The notes beneath the pieces were generated by a model. The model searched no databases and was not told where the DNA came from. It saw only the letters and a program-made list of their open reading frames with translations. From positions 39,419 through 103,418 of the forward strand of contig CALXMS010000003.1 of assembly GCA_944389535.1 (NCBI GenBank): a stretch of DNA of 64,000 nt, read 5' to 3'. Every line of letters begins with the position of its first letter. Positions within the stretch are counted from its first letter, which is position 1. Of this stretch, positions 47,924 through 57,446 are shown piece after piece. This DNA comes from an uncultured Alphaproteobacteria bacterium (GTDB lineage: Bacteria > Pseudomonadota > Alphaproteobacteria > Rs-D84). The position numbers and the translations under genes were made by a program.

Positions 47924-50050
47924 TTACATATTTATATCTTCACAACTTTCGATTTCTTGACAGAACTCTTGTTCTCCTCCGGCACTACGCCCAGCAAAGA
48001 AACCACCGACACCACCGACGATTGCACCAATTGCAGTCCCCCAACCCGGAGATACCATCGTACCAGCAGACGCACCCGCAGCAAGCCCCCCCGCAGCCCC
48101 CTGTAATCCAGCGGTACCCTTTGATTGCCCCCCGGTTTCACATACTTGTTGCATACGACAAACGTGACAATTACGCAACGCCGGTTCAAAAGCAACACTG
48201 CGAATATAACTATAGTTTTTACTTGATTTATCAGGTGTTTCAACTTGATAAGTATTATAACAGTTCTGCTCTGCCGCTTCTAAATCCTGCTGACGCGATA
48301 ATTCTGCAATTTTAGATTCCAACTCACGCATAGCACGATTTTCTGCGCTTATCTGCGCAATCATTTTTGCGCTATTAAACACACTATCACCTAAACTTTC
48401 ACGATCTGACGGTTTCTGACTATCTTGACATGCTGCAACAGTCTTGTCTTGTTCAAACTGTACGAAAAATTCATTTACAGCGCTTTCTGTATTGGCACGA
48501 ACACTTTCTCGCAAAGCCGCTAATTCTTCTTGCGTTTCAGGTACAGCAACAAGAGAAGTAATTTGTGTATCCGTTGTCAAACATGACATATCAGTTCCAC
48601 AAACGTTACCAAGTTGTTCACTGAAGTAATTTAAACACCCCTGTAACATTTGATAATCCATTTGTAACATTGCCGCCTGAACTATAATATCAAACTGACT
48701 TTCATTCTTACAAGACGGGAACATACTTTGTGGACACATAGCAGAAATCTCTATTGCACTTTTACCGACGCATTCCGGTGCAGTAAAGTTTTCGCCGCAT
48801 CTATCACGCAAACACTGGTCGACGTCATTCTGACAAAATTGCGTACGTAGATACCCCAATTTATCATTAACAACAGTCTTAATTCCCGGTATCATTTCTT
48901 CACATTCGTCAATTACAGGGCAAATTCCAGCCGCAACGTTTACATCTGTTAAACATGCAGAATTAGTTTCTGTTGAACAACCGTCTTCCAGACACAACTG
49001 AATTCTTGCCAAACATGTTGCTCTAGCGTTTTTATCGGCATATTTTGCGGCATCAGCTAAAATGCTTACCGCTTCGTCTTCCCAGTCTGCTAACACATAT
49101 TCACGAACCGCCATACACTGATCCAAAACGTTTTCACACGCATTTGCACGACGCGCCAACAAATCGGCATCCAAGCAATTTTCAAAATTTACACCACAAC
49201 CACCTTTATCAGCAATACAAGAACGATACGCCAACAAACATTCACCGCGGTTGTATTTATTCGTCGTATCCAACATTTCTAAACGCGCCTGACGAACCGC
49301 GGCCTCCGCAGTACGTTTATTAGATTCTGCAATTGCTTTCTGATCGTTCAAATAAGATTCAAAATTTTTACAATCTTGAACTATTTGACGCGCATACAAA
49401 ACCTCTTCCATTTCTGCGCTACTGCCACATGCCGCCAACCTATCAGCACAATATTCTGACGCCATTGCATATAACGGATCACCTATATCATTATCAGTAC
49501 CTAAACTTGCCTCTTCTTCGGTACCAGAATTTATCCAATCCGCAAAACTTATACCAGATATACTAGAACTTTTCTTTGCCTCTTCGCTTTCACCGAACAC
49601 CAGTCGAGCCTGTGCCCCCAACTGTTCACGTTCAACGCCTTCTGTATAAAGCAAATCAGCCTCTTCCTGAATTTTCTGAATCTCTTGTATCAAAGATTTT
49701 GACTGATTAATGTTTGAAGAACATGCACACCTACTACCTTCTGACTCATCCAAAAGACAAAATTCGTCCATGCAAGCACGATAAGCATCACGACACGTCT
49801 GTGAAGATCCGCTTTCATCGCTACCAGAAGAATCCCCAGTATCTGTTGAAGACGAACCACCATTACCAGGTTTTATATTTAATGTAGGCATTGACGTTCC
49901 AGAATCAAGATTTGGGGACATGTTTACAGAATGCACAGCAGCCTGAGACATCCTGCTGACGCCGACGCGCACAGTAGAATCATCTCTTGTTGCGGCACCA
50001 GCAAAACTTGGTAAAAGAAATATTAAACCTAAAAAAATTCCTAGTTTCAT
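47924..50050 (-). CDS. Large secreted cysteine-rich protein, member 3 of the paralogous family, in tandem with member 2
   Basis: The signal peptide is MKLGIFLGLIFLLPSFAGA, with the SD GGAAGGGA upstream. The family signature reads CRDAYRACMDEFCLLDESEGSRCACSSN. Shared blocks are CENVLDQCMAVRE and CGVNFENCLD. A Gly/Ala-rich hydrophobic stretch sits near the C-terminus. It ends ...SCEDINM. It lies 24 nt upstream of member 2 on the same strand. Confidence 0.8.
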   Translation of the reverse strand: MKLGIFLGLIFLLPSFAGAATRDDSTVRVGVSRMSQAAVHSVNMSPNLDSGTSMPTLNIKPGNGGSSSTDTGDSSGSDESGSSQTCRDAYRACMDEFCLLDESEGSRCACSSNINQSKSLIQEIQKIQEEADLLYTEGVEREQLGAQARLVFGESEEAKKSSSISGISFADWINSGTEEEASLGTDNDIGDPLYAMASEYCADRLAACGSSAEMEEVLYARQIVQDCKNFESYLNDQKAIAESNKRTAEAAVRQARLEMLDTTNKYNRGECLLAYRSCIADKGGCGVNFENCLDADLLARRANACENVLDQCMAVREYVLADWEDEAVSILADAAKYADKNARATCLARIQLCLEDGCSTETNSACLTDVNVAAGICPVIDECEEMIPGIKTVVNDKLGYLRTQFCQNDVDQCLRDRCGENFTAPECVGKSAIEISAMCPQSMFPSCKNESQFDIIVQAAMLQMDYQMLQGCLNYFSEQLGNVCGTDMSCLTTDTQITSLVAVPETQEELAALRESVRANTESAVNEFFVQFEQDKTVAACQDSQKPSDRESLGDSVFNSAKMIAQISAENRAMRELESKIAELSRQQDLEAAEQNCYNTYQVETPDKSSKNYSYIRSVAFEPALRNCHVCRMQQVCETGGQSKGTAGLQGAAGGLAAGASAGTMVSPGWGTAIGAIVGGVGGFFAGRSAGGEQEFCQEIESCEDINM

Positions 50051-50194
50051 AAGTCCCTTCCTACGTTATACGTTATATATAATTTTATCAAATGAGCCCC
50101 CCATGTGCAAGCAGATAAAAACAACTTGCTTTTTTTTATGTAAAATAATATCATAAAATCCAGAATTTTTCTAAGTAAAAACAGAGGAAAATAT

Positions 50195-50449
50195 ATGGCA
50201 AAAGATGACGTTATTGTTTTCAGCGGCGTTGTAGAAGATAAACTACCTAACACCATGTTTCGCGTAAAACTGGAAAACGGTCACGAAATATTAGCAACTG
50301 TATGCGGTAAAATGCGCAAAGCTAGAATTTGGGTTAACGTCGGAGAACACGTTCGCGTTGAAATGACACCGTATGACTTAGATAAGGGTCGCATAACATT
50401 TGTTGAACGTGCAAGATCTTCAAATGAAACTGCGTCAGAAAACAATTAA
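50195..50449 (+). CDS. infA: Translation initiation factor IF-1 with a short C-terminal extension
   Basis: [67 protein letters not shown] is near-identical in pattern to E. coli IF-1. Confidence 0.92.
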   Translation: MAKDDVIVFSGVVEDKLPNTMFRVKLENGHEILATVCGKMRKARIWVNVGEHVRVEMTPYDLDKGRITFVERARSSNETASENN

Positions 50450-50450
50450 T

Positions 50451-50478
50451 AAAAATCTCGCTTTGGCGAGATTTTTTG
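50451..50478 (+). terminator. Rho-independent terminator after infA
   Basis: The stem atctcgc/gcgagat has a tttg loop and is followed by TTTTTT. Confidence 0.7.
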
Positions 50479-50559
50479 ATAAAAAACCTTATTAAATCAT
50501 TAAATATTACTTCCCATAAAAATATATTTTTGTTATCATTTACCTATATATAAATAAGT

Positions 50560-53046
50560 ATGAGGAATGTTTTATTCTTTATTATTGCGTGTTTAATCGG
50601 CATCGCAGATGTCGATGCTGCAGTTCGTGGAACAGAATCCGTAAATCGCCAATCAGCAGACAATGCTGCTACGAATACCCTTGTTGCCAGAACGACACGT
50701 ACCCCGACAACTAATTCTGTAAGGACCTCGTCTGAAACCGCTATAACAAGAAATAATACGAATACAGTTACAAGATCATCAAATGGTACGGTAACCGCAC
50801 GCAGTGCAAACGATCAGGTCGCAACTGCGCGCAACGGTACGACGACGGCACGCACTGCTAAGACAACGGTAACTTCAAGTTCTCCGCGAAATGCAACGAA
50901 TAATAATACAATCGTACGAAGCGCTACAAATACTGAAAGAACGGCTACGTCGGCAAACGCTCGTACAGCAAGGGCAACAACCGTCGCTTCATCAACGGTA
51001 ACGAATACTTTTGGTACAGGGTATAACACATGCAGGAATGCTTACTTCACATGTATGGACCAGTTCTGTGCAACGGCTAATGACACTTATAGACGTTGCG
51101 TATGTTCTTCCAGACTTACTGACGTGCAAGAAAGAGAAAGAGCTCTTTCTCAAACGTCGGGGCAATTACAGGATTTTAAAAATTTGAACATAGAGGTAAT
51201 CCCTAAAACTGCAGAAGAAGTCAATGCTATGCTTACCGCCAGCGAAGGAGAACTGGCAATAATGGAAGATACATCATCTTCTTCTCAAGAATTGGCCGGC
51301 ATAAGAGAAGTTCTATCATCATCTAAGAACCAAGCATTGTCAACCTTAGGAACCCTAGATATAGCCGGTGACATAAATCAAATATGGGCAACAACAGATT
51401 TAGCCTCGGGGCAAAACATAGCAAATCTTACAGGTGAGGCATTATATAACGCTGTACACTCGCAATGTGTTAATCTGATATCAGATCAATGTCCATCAAC
51501 ATCGACACTAAATATGGTTGTATCAGCGTATGGCATGTATATTGAAAACGATTGTTCTACACTATTAAACGCTTTGGATAGTAAACTAGTTCAAGCAAAT
51601 AGCAGCATTCGCGAAACAGAAAGAGAGATGAATTTGGCGCGACTAGAAAACTATAATGCTCATAATTCTACATCAATCAATGATTGCATTGCACAAGTAC
51701 GAAAAGACATTACAGCAGATACTGCATGCGGAACAGATTATGTACATTGCTTAGATATAACAGGTCTTTATTTAAATAGAGACACCGGGGAACCGATTTA
51801 TTCACAGAACTTTTACCAACTTGGTAATCAAATATCTTTGGACGGAGACGTGTTAACTAACTCAACCAACCGTCTTATTGTCGCCGAACTAAATAATAAG
51901 CGTATATATGCTGAAAGAGGGTTGGAAACGTGTCAGGATATCGCAGACGAAGTCTGGGATGAATTTGTTCGTCAAGCAATAGTAGAAATTTATCAGGGAC
52001 AGCAGTCAAAAATCCGCGACGTAAAGAACGAGTGTCTTGACGTTGTAAATGCATGTTACGACGAGCAAAGCGAATCGTTAAAAGATTTTAGTAATGTTAA
52101 AGAAGAATTATTATTAGGTTCACGTCTTGAATTATCAGAAGAATTATGTGAAGAAAAACTATACGCCTGCAGTAATTTATATGGCGACCCTAATGGGGAT
52201 GGTTTGGAATTATTATTAACGGCAATGCATGACATCACAGATCAAAAAATTGCTGCAGAATGCAAATCTCTTCTTGAAGCATACGCTTTAGATATGTGTA
52301 CAGTTCCTAGCAATGATAGTTTACATGCTTATCCATATGGATGTCGCGTTTATGCACCTGGTGACGCAATATATGCATCCAAAGCTTACTGTAATCAATT
52401 ACAATGGACTAACCCTACTACTTCCAATCCGTCAACCCCAGGAGGAGGAGGAGAAGAAGAACCAACAACAGGTTATGTATGTCCATCTTATATAAAATAC
52501 ACTTCCTGCGCACCTGGTTATTACATGGCGACCCTAAATATAATGCAAGAATGGGAATACAACGGAACACCTGTGGCAGGTAATAAATGTAAACCATGTC
52601 CTTCTAATGCAATCTGCGAAGGTGGCACTTCGGAACCATTAATAATCGCCGCACCAGAAGTTGATGAAGATAAAGATTGTGGCACAGATTATGCGGGCAG
52701 TTTATATCAAAAGATGGTAAAATATTCTACTCAGGTATGCGTTCGCCCATCTGACTACGATCAAATAACTGCTGGTAATAAAGAAATACCGTCAAACGTA
52801 TTACAAGATGTAAATATAGTAATGGATACAATAAGAGTAGAAATGGCAACAGTATTATCACAAGAGTGTGATAGATTAGGTGGCACATGGGTTGACACCC
52901 AATGGGTTGACCAAGATTATAATGACAAACACGATAAAACTGGGCACATACTATTTAAATATTTTTATGATGAAACCGGTTCTAACACCAAATGGGGATA
53001 TTGTGCAGATCCAGAAAGTGTATCAACGGCAACGTTGGGTGTATAA
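50560..53046 (+). CDS. Large secreted cysteine-rich protein, member 4 of the paralogous family, with an N-terminal T/R/S/N-rich low-complexity region
   Basis: The signal-peptide-like N-terminus is MRNVLFFIIACLIGIADVDAA. A ~150-aa T/R/N/A-rich region follows (TARSANDQVATARNGTTTARTAK...). The signature reads YFTCMDQFCATANDTYRRCVCSS. It shares ACGTDYVHCLD and ETCQDIADEVWDEF with member 1. Confidence 0.8.
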   Translation: MRNVLFFIIACLIGIADVDAAVRGTESVNRQSADNAATNTLVARTTRTPTTNSVRTSSETAITRNNTNTVTRSSNGTVTARSANDQVATARNGTTTARTAKTTVTSSSPRNATNNNTIVRSATNTERTATSANARTARATTVASSTVTNTFGTGYNTCRNAYFTCMDQFCATANDTYRRCVCSSRLTDVQERERALSQTSGQLQDFKNLNIEVIPKTAEEVNAMLTASEGELAIMEDTSSSSQELAGIREVLSSSKNQALSTLGTLDIAGDINQIWATTDLASGQNIANLTGEALYNAVHSQCVNLISDQCPSTSTLNMVVSAYGMYIENDCSTLLNALDSKLVQANSSIRETEREMNLARLENYNAHNSTSINDCIAQVRKDITADTACGTDYVHCLDITGLYLNRDTGEPIYSQNFYQLGNQISLDGDVLTNSTNRLIVAELNNKRIYAERGLETCQDIADEVWDEFVRQAIVEIYQGQQSKIRDVKNECLDVVNACYDEQSESLKDFSNVKEELLLGSRLELSEELCEEKLYACSNLYGDPNGDGLELLLTAMHDITDQKIAAECKSLLEAYALDMCTVPSNDSLHAYPYGCRVYAPGDAIYASKAYCNQLQWTNPTTSNPSTPGGGGEEEPTTGYVCPSYIKYTSCAPGYYMATLNIMQEWEYNGTPVAGNKCKPCPSNAICEGGTSEPLIIAAPEVDEDKDCGTDYAGSLYQKMVKYSTQVCVRPSDYDQITAGNKEIPSNVLQDVNIVMDTIRVEMATVLSQECDRLGGTWVDTQWVDQDYNDKHDKTGHILFKYFYDETGSNTKWGYCADPESVSTATLGV

Positions 53047-53107
53047 AAATATTGTCGTCTTGCCTTAAAAAGTTTTTTTTGTTAGAATTTAATAACAAGA
53101 GAAAAAT

Positions 53108-53815
53108 ATGAAAAACGCCTTTACTATTTCAATCTGTTGTTTCAGTTTAATATCGGCAGCGTCAGCCGCAGCTATTCCATGGTGGGAACAAGCAACTGTA
53201 TGTAAATTAGATACAACAAAATGCTATCCTTCAATGGGTACAGGTTATGCCAGCGAACTTTGGGATAGTGTTACTGGATGCTGGGGTATGAAATATATCT
53301 GCCCAGAAGCATTATTATCTGACGAGTATATGCCTGTTCCTATGGGGCGTAAAGAAATATCTGCCGGGACAAATATAAATAAAGATTTTAATACAGATAT
53401 ATTAAACGGCGATTGCTTTGGGGTACGAAAAACCACAAACAATGGCGCTATGGCTTCTATAAACGGAGAATATATACCAGTATGGTGTAACGGTATTTTA
53501 AATGACGTTGACGAATATCTAGAAAATGGTGAAATAACATACGGGGCTCAACCAACATGTCAAGATTTGGCAGATTATGGATATGTGGCGACCGTAAATG
53601 GTCAATGTTACGGGAAATACTATGATCCATATAATTATTATATTGAATGTGATGGCTCATCCATTACACCAAGTCGCATAATAATATTAAACGGTGCAGA
53701 TTATATGGCATCATCTGACAGTTCACCATCTGATGAAAGTGCGGCATCAAAGTTATTTGATTCAATGCAATCTATATCTGAATCACAGCGTAAAATATAC
53801 TTTACAAACGATTAA
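53108..53815 (+). CDS. Small secreted cysteine-rich protein (235 aa) that shares one motif with the large Cys-rich family
   Basis: The signal peptide is MKNAFTISICCFSLISAASAAA. There are 14 Cys. TCQDLADYGY resembles (N/T)CQDIAD(Y/E)VWDEF of members 1 and 4. It lies immediately downstream of member 4. Confidence 0.6.
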   Translation: MKNAFTISICCFSLISAASAAAIPWWEQATVCKLDTTKCYPSMGTGYASELWDSVTGCWGMKYICPEALLSDEYMPVPMGRKEISAGTNINKDFNTDILNGDCFGVRKTTNNGAMASINGEYIPVWCNGILNDVDEYLENGEITYGAQPTCQDLADYGYVATVNGQCYGKYYDPYNYYIECDGSSITPSRIIILNGADYMASSDSSPSDESAASKLFDSMQSISESQRKIYFTND

Positions 53816-53843
53816 AAAAATCCCGTTTTTACGGGATTTTTTT
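53814..53843 (+). terminator. Rho-independent bidirectional terminator between the small Cys-rich gene and the Pmp-like gene
   Basis: The stem atcccgt/acgggat has a tttt loop. An A-run and a T-run flank it. Confidence 0.7.
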
Positions 53844-53855
53844 ATGCATTATTTT

Positions 53856-56135
53856 TTAAAACTTATATCTAAATTTTAACATTCCGGTTTGTGATGTATA
53901 ATCTTTGTGTATGTCTAAATCATAATTTACCGAAAACACCCAAGCATTATACATTGCGCTTAAACCTACTCCGACTTCACCGCCAAATCTGGATAAATTT
54001 TCACTTGTTACTTTATACGAAGCCAGTCCTGGAACCGTTACTATTGCAACTGCTTCGTCGGATATAAAATCATAAGTGGCAGCGGCACGTATTTCTGGGC
54101 GAAGTTTTAACCGTCCTTCTGCTTCGATCACAAAACCATATTTTAAACCAGCCACTCCTGTAAGATAGTTTGTATTCGTATCAGAAATATCAGCTATACC
54201 ATTATTATATGCGTCTTGATTTATATGTAAATAACGTATAGCAACTTCTGGTATTATACCAGACGATAATTCATAACCTGTAACCATCTGACCGCCAAAA
54301 GAATCAACGTCATATTCAGGATTAATTGTAAGGTTCTCGAATGCAGTTGCCATTTCCGTATAATCAGCCATAGTATATGTTAAAGTAGCACCAACATACC
54401 ATTTTGAAGGTTTATACTGACCGTACAAGAACAAACTATTACTGGATATTTCTGTATCTCGAGTATTTGTCTCTACTTCTGTTTCGTTATACGCATACCC
54501 TATACCAATTGTATATTTATCTTTGATCAAAGTATCAAAACCAACAGATATACCATTCGTATCACCTGTAAATTTATCGGAATACTTTGTTCTATTCATC
54601 AAGCCTTGGGCCCATACTCCATAATCTATCTTTGGCCAATCACCGCCACTGCGTCCGATACCAGAAATACTGCTCATACGATCTGACGTCACAGATAAAA
54701 CCTGATTATTTACAGCCGTAGCAACTGAATGTACAATAGGTTTGTCTTCATTTCTAAGTTTAGCAGATTCTTGTTCTACATAATCTATATCACCCTCTTT
54801 CAAAGCATTTTGAGCAATTAATGCCGCTGAATTAACGAAAGAATCAGAACTATTTGCTAATCCGACTAATACCAACGCCGCATCAGAAGAAATATTTGTA
54901 TTATTTGAAATATCTGAAACGTCTTTGGTTTCAACAACAATATTCGTGCCGTCTATAGATACATTATATATCAAATCTGCATATTTTATATTATTGATAT
55001 CAATTGCCGCCCCGAAATCGTACTTACCTACGGCCCCCAGTGTTAAATCTAGCACTGCATTTTCACCGATACTGATTTCATCAATATCTATGGCTGCAAA
55101 ACTAGATGGATTTAAAATCGAAGCTGCTAACGTACCATCCAGGACTAATTTTCCTTGTTCCAAAACTGTGGAACCAATATTTAAAACGGCATTTTCGGCA
55201 ATGGTAAGCGTTCCTGTTCCTTTAATTCCACCGTCCATTATGGTCATACCATCAGCAATTATTATATTACCAGAATTATAAATATCGTTTGCGGATTCTT
55301 CGGCAACGTTTCCAGAAAACGTATTATTTCCGTTAAACGTTATCTTTCCTTGATTATAAATTGCACCGCCTAAACTTCCGGCTTTATTTCCTGTAAACGA
55401 TGAATCAGATATCGATTCGATAACACCAGAATTTGAAATTGCACCGCCCTGCTTTACTTCACCCATCAACGCATAGTTTGAATCAAACGTTGCATTGCTA
55501 ATCAAACTTATAAGACCATATTCATCATTACTTATCGCACCACCATCACTAGCTATATTAGTTCTAAATGCAACAGTTTCTATGCTGTTAACTGTCCCAG
55601 AATTAAGCAGCACACCACCTTTATTAACACCGGCAGAATTTTCAATAAACGAAGCATTGGCAATTTTACTAATGTTTCCCCCACCCGTACTACCTGTTGA
55701 ATTAGAATTGTAAATTACCCCTCCTGCTTCCCCTTGGTTGCGTTGAAACAAAGCGTGTGAAATTTCGCTTATTTTTCCGGAATCTGCATTATAAATGACA
55801 CCGCCCTCCATGGCAGTATTTGACCCGAAGACAGAGTTACCGCTTAAACTTGTAATGGAAACTGTTCCTTCATTATAAATTACCCCGCCCATATTTCCGG
55901 TATTGTTTTTAAACGACGCAGGACCGTTAACATTAAGCGTTCCACTGACTGATGCAACAGCACCATTTAAGTCCTCGTTTTGATATTTTGTATAACTTGC
56001 ATCTTTATCTATGTTATAAGTCTCACCTTCCGCAACAGTTATTTGTTCTGATGCGTTTGCCGCAGTCCATATAGACATAATAAATAAAAAAGGGAAAATT
56101 TTTAATGAATAAAAAGAAAATTCACTGGCAGACAT
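53856..56135 (-). CDS. Autotransporter with polymorphic-membrane-protein (Pmp)-like GGA(I/L/V) and FxxN passenger repeats and a C-terminal beta-barrel
   Basis: The protein is 759 aa with a signal peptide. There are many GGVIYN, GGAISN and GGAIYN units alternating with FKNN, FQRN, FIEN, FRTN, FDSN and FTGN. The ~270-aa C-terminus has alternating amphipathic strands and ends ...MLKFRYKF. Confidence 0.8.
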   Translation of the reverse strand: MSASEFSFYSLKIFPFLFIMSIWTAANASEQITVAEGETYNIDKDASYTKYQNEDLNGAVASVSGTLNVNGPASFKNNTGNMGGVIYNEGTVSITSLSGNSVFGSNTAMEGGVIYNADSGKISEISHALFQRNQGEAGGVIYNSNSTGSTGGGNISKIANASFIENSAGVNKGGVLLNSGTVNSIETVAFRTNIASDGGAISNDEYGLISLISNATFDSNYALMGEVKQGGAISNSGVIESISDSSFTGNKAGSLGGAIYNQGKITFNGNNTFSGNVAEESANDIYNSGNIIIADGMTIMDGGIKGTGTLTIAENAVLNIGSTVLEQGKLVLDGTLAASILNPSSFAAIDIDEISIGENAVLDLTLGAVGKYDFGAAIDINNIKYADLIYNVSIDGTNIVVETKDVSDISNNTNISSDAALVLVGLANSSDSFVNSAALIAQNALKEGDIDYVEQESAKLRNEDKPIVHSVATAVNNQVLSVTSDRMSSISGIGRSGGDWPKIDYGVWAQGLMNRTKYSDKFTGDTNGISVGFDTLIKDKYTIGIGYAYNETEVETNTRDTEISSNSLFLYGQYKPSKWYVGATLTYTMADYTEMATAFENLTINPEYDVDSFGGQMVTGYELSSGIIPEVAIRYLHINQDAYNNGIADISDTNTNYLTGVAGLKYGFVIEAEGRLKLRPEIRAAATYDFISDEAVAIVTVPGLASYKVTSENLSRFGGEVGVGLSAMYNAWVFSVNYDLDIHKDYTSQTGMLKFRYKF

Positions 56136-56290
56136 ACAATCTCCTTATTAATAGCCCCACTAAACTTAAGCGTATCATAGTAAGAAGAACTTTCAATAAA
56201 AATAGTTATTTTTTCTTAGTTGCTTATATTTAAATGCCGTAAAAAATTAATTGCAAAAAGGTAAATAGCAATATATAATGTGGCGCACAT

Positions 56291-56364
56291 TGGGGCATAG
56301 TTTAATGGTAGAACTCCGGACTCTGACTCCGTCAGTGTTGGTTCGAATCCAGCTGCCCCAACCA
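56291..56364 (+). tRNA. tRNA-Gln (anticodon CUG)
   Basis: The sequence is TGGGGCATAGTTTAATGGTAGAACTCCGGACTCTGACTCCGTCAGTGTTGGTTCGAATCCAGCTGCCCCAACCA. The U1:A72 pair is typical of bacterial tRNA-Gln. The anticodon loop is C-U-C-U-G-A-C. Confidence 0.85.
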
Positions 56365-56537
56365 AGAATTCAACCCGCCTTGTGCGGGTTTAATTTATTG
56401 GTCCGAAATGATAGGATATAAGTCTCATATCTTGATTTTTTTGCTGATTTATGGTATAATTAAGTCCAACAGATTTAGGTGAACTTTGGTTCGCCTTTTT
56501 TATTTTCCCCACATTTTATCAACATAAGGTTTTTAAT

Positions 56538-57446
56538 ATGCCACTTAAAAGCACTAAGCTTCATCGTGCCAAGCGATTAAAAAATGACGAATTCTATACC
56601 CAATACCAAGATATTGAATCTGAATGCTCTAATTACTTAGAGCATTTTTTTAATAAAGTCATATATTGCAATTGCGATACCGCTGATAGTAATTTCGTTA
56701 AATACTTCAAAAATCTTAAAAGCCAAGGATTAATAAAAGACATATTATGGTCTGGTGGGTTAAATGGGCTGGACTTCCGCAGCAATGCATCCATAGAACT
56801 ATTAAAGCAGTCGGACATAGTTGTCACCAATCCGCCGTTTTCTTTATTTATTCCGTATATCAACCAGTTGGTTAAATACGACAAGCAATTTTTAATTATG
56901 GGCAACAGAAATGCCGTCAGTTACAGGGAAGTTTTTGAATTAATCAAAGACAATAAACTCTGGATTGGCACTATACCATTTGGGGCAAGTATGTTGTTTG
57001 ATGTGCCAGAACCTGAAAAACTATTAATACAAGGCAAAGAAAACATAACCTATGCCATTAAAGACGGAATTATAAAGGCAAGAGTTCCAGCGACTTGGTT
57101 TACAAACATCCATCATAAAAATATGCCAAAAGAAATCCCATTGGTTAAACAATATACTGGTAATGAAGCCGCCTACCCAAAATACGATAACTTTGATGCA
57201 ATTGAAGTTAAATGCAAAAGAAATATTCCATACGACTATATGGGTATAATGGGTGTTCCTGTAACCTTTATAGACAGATATAACCCACAGCAGTTTGAAA
57301 TATTGGGTATGGACAAAGATTTTACTTATGACAGCAAAAGTGTCCGCATAGGCAGTAAAAACCTTTATACACGGATATTTATAAGGCGAAAATGCAATAT
57401 GTCAGAAGCATCCAATGACAACTGTCTATTAAAAACCGCCGTTTAA
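56538..57446 (+). CDS. Solitary N6-adenine DNA methyltransferase candidate, EcoRI-methylase-like family, with an NPPF motif IV
   Basis: The N-terminus reads ...KNDEFYTQYQDIESE. The catalytic motif reads DIVVTNPPFS. No restriction-endonuclease partner with cytoplasmic features lies adjacent. Confidence 0.55.
   Translation: MPLKSTKLHRAKRLKNDEFYTQYQDIESECSNYLEHFFNKVIYCNCDTADSNFVKYFKNLKSQGLIKDILWSGGLNGLDFRSNASIELLKQSDIVVTNPPFSLFIPYINQLVKYDKQFLIMGNRNAVSYREVFELIKDNKLWIGTIPFGASMLFDVPEPEKLLIQGKENITYAIKDGIIKARVPATWFTNIHHKNMPKEIPLVKQYTGNEAAYPKYDNFDAIEVKCKRNIPYDYMGIMGVPVTFIDRYNPQQFEILGMDKDFTYDSKSVRIGSKNLYTRIFIRRKCNMSEASNDNCLLKTAV

Noticed and set aside
52436-52462. Short GGA/GAA trinucleotide run (ggaggaggaggagaagaagaa)
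   Set aside because: It encodes a GGGGEEE linker inside family member 4. It is too short to call a repeat feature or contingency locus.
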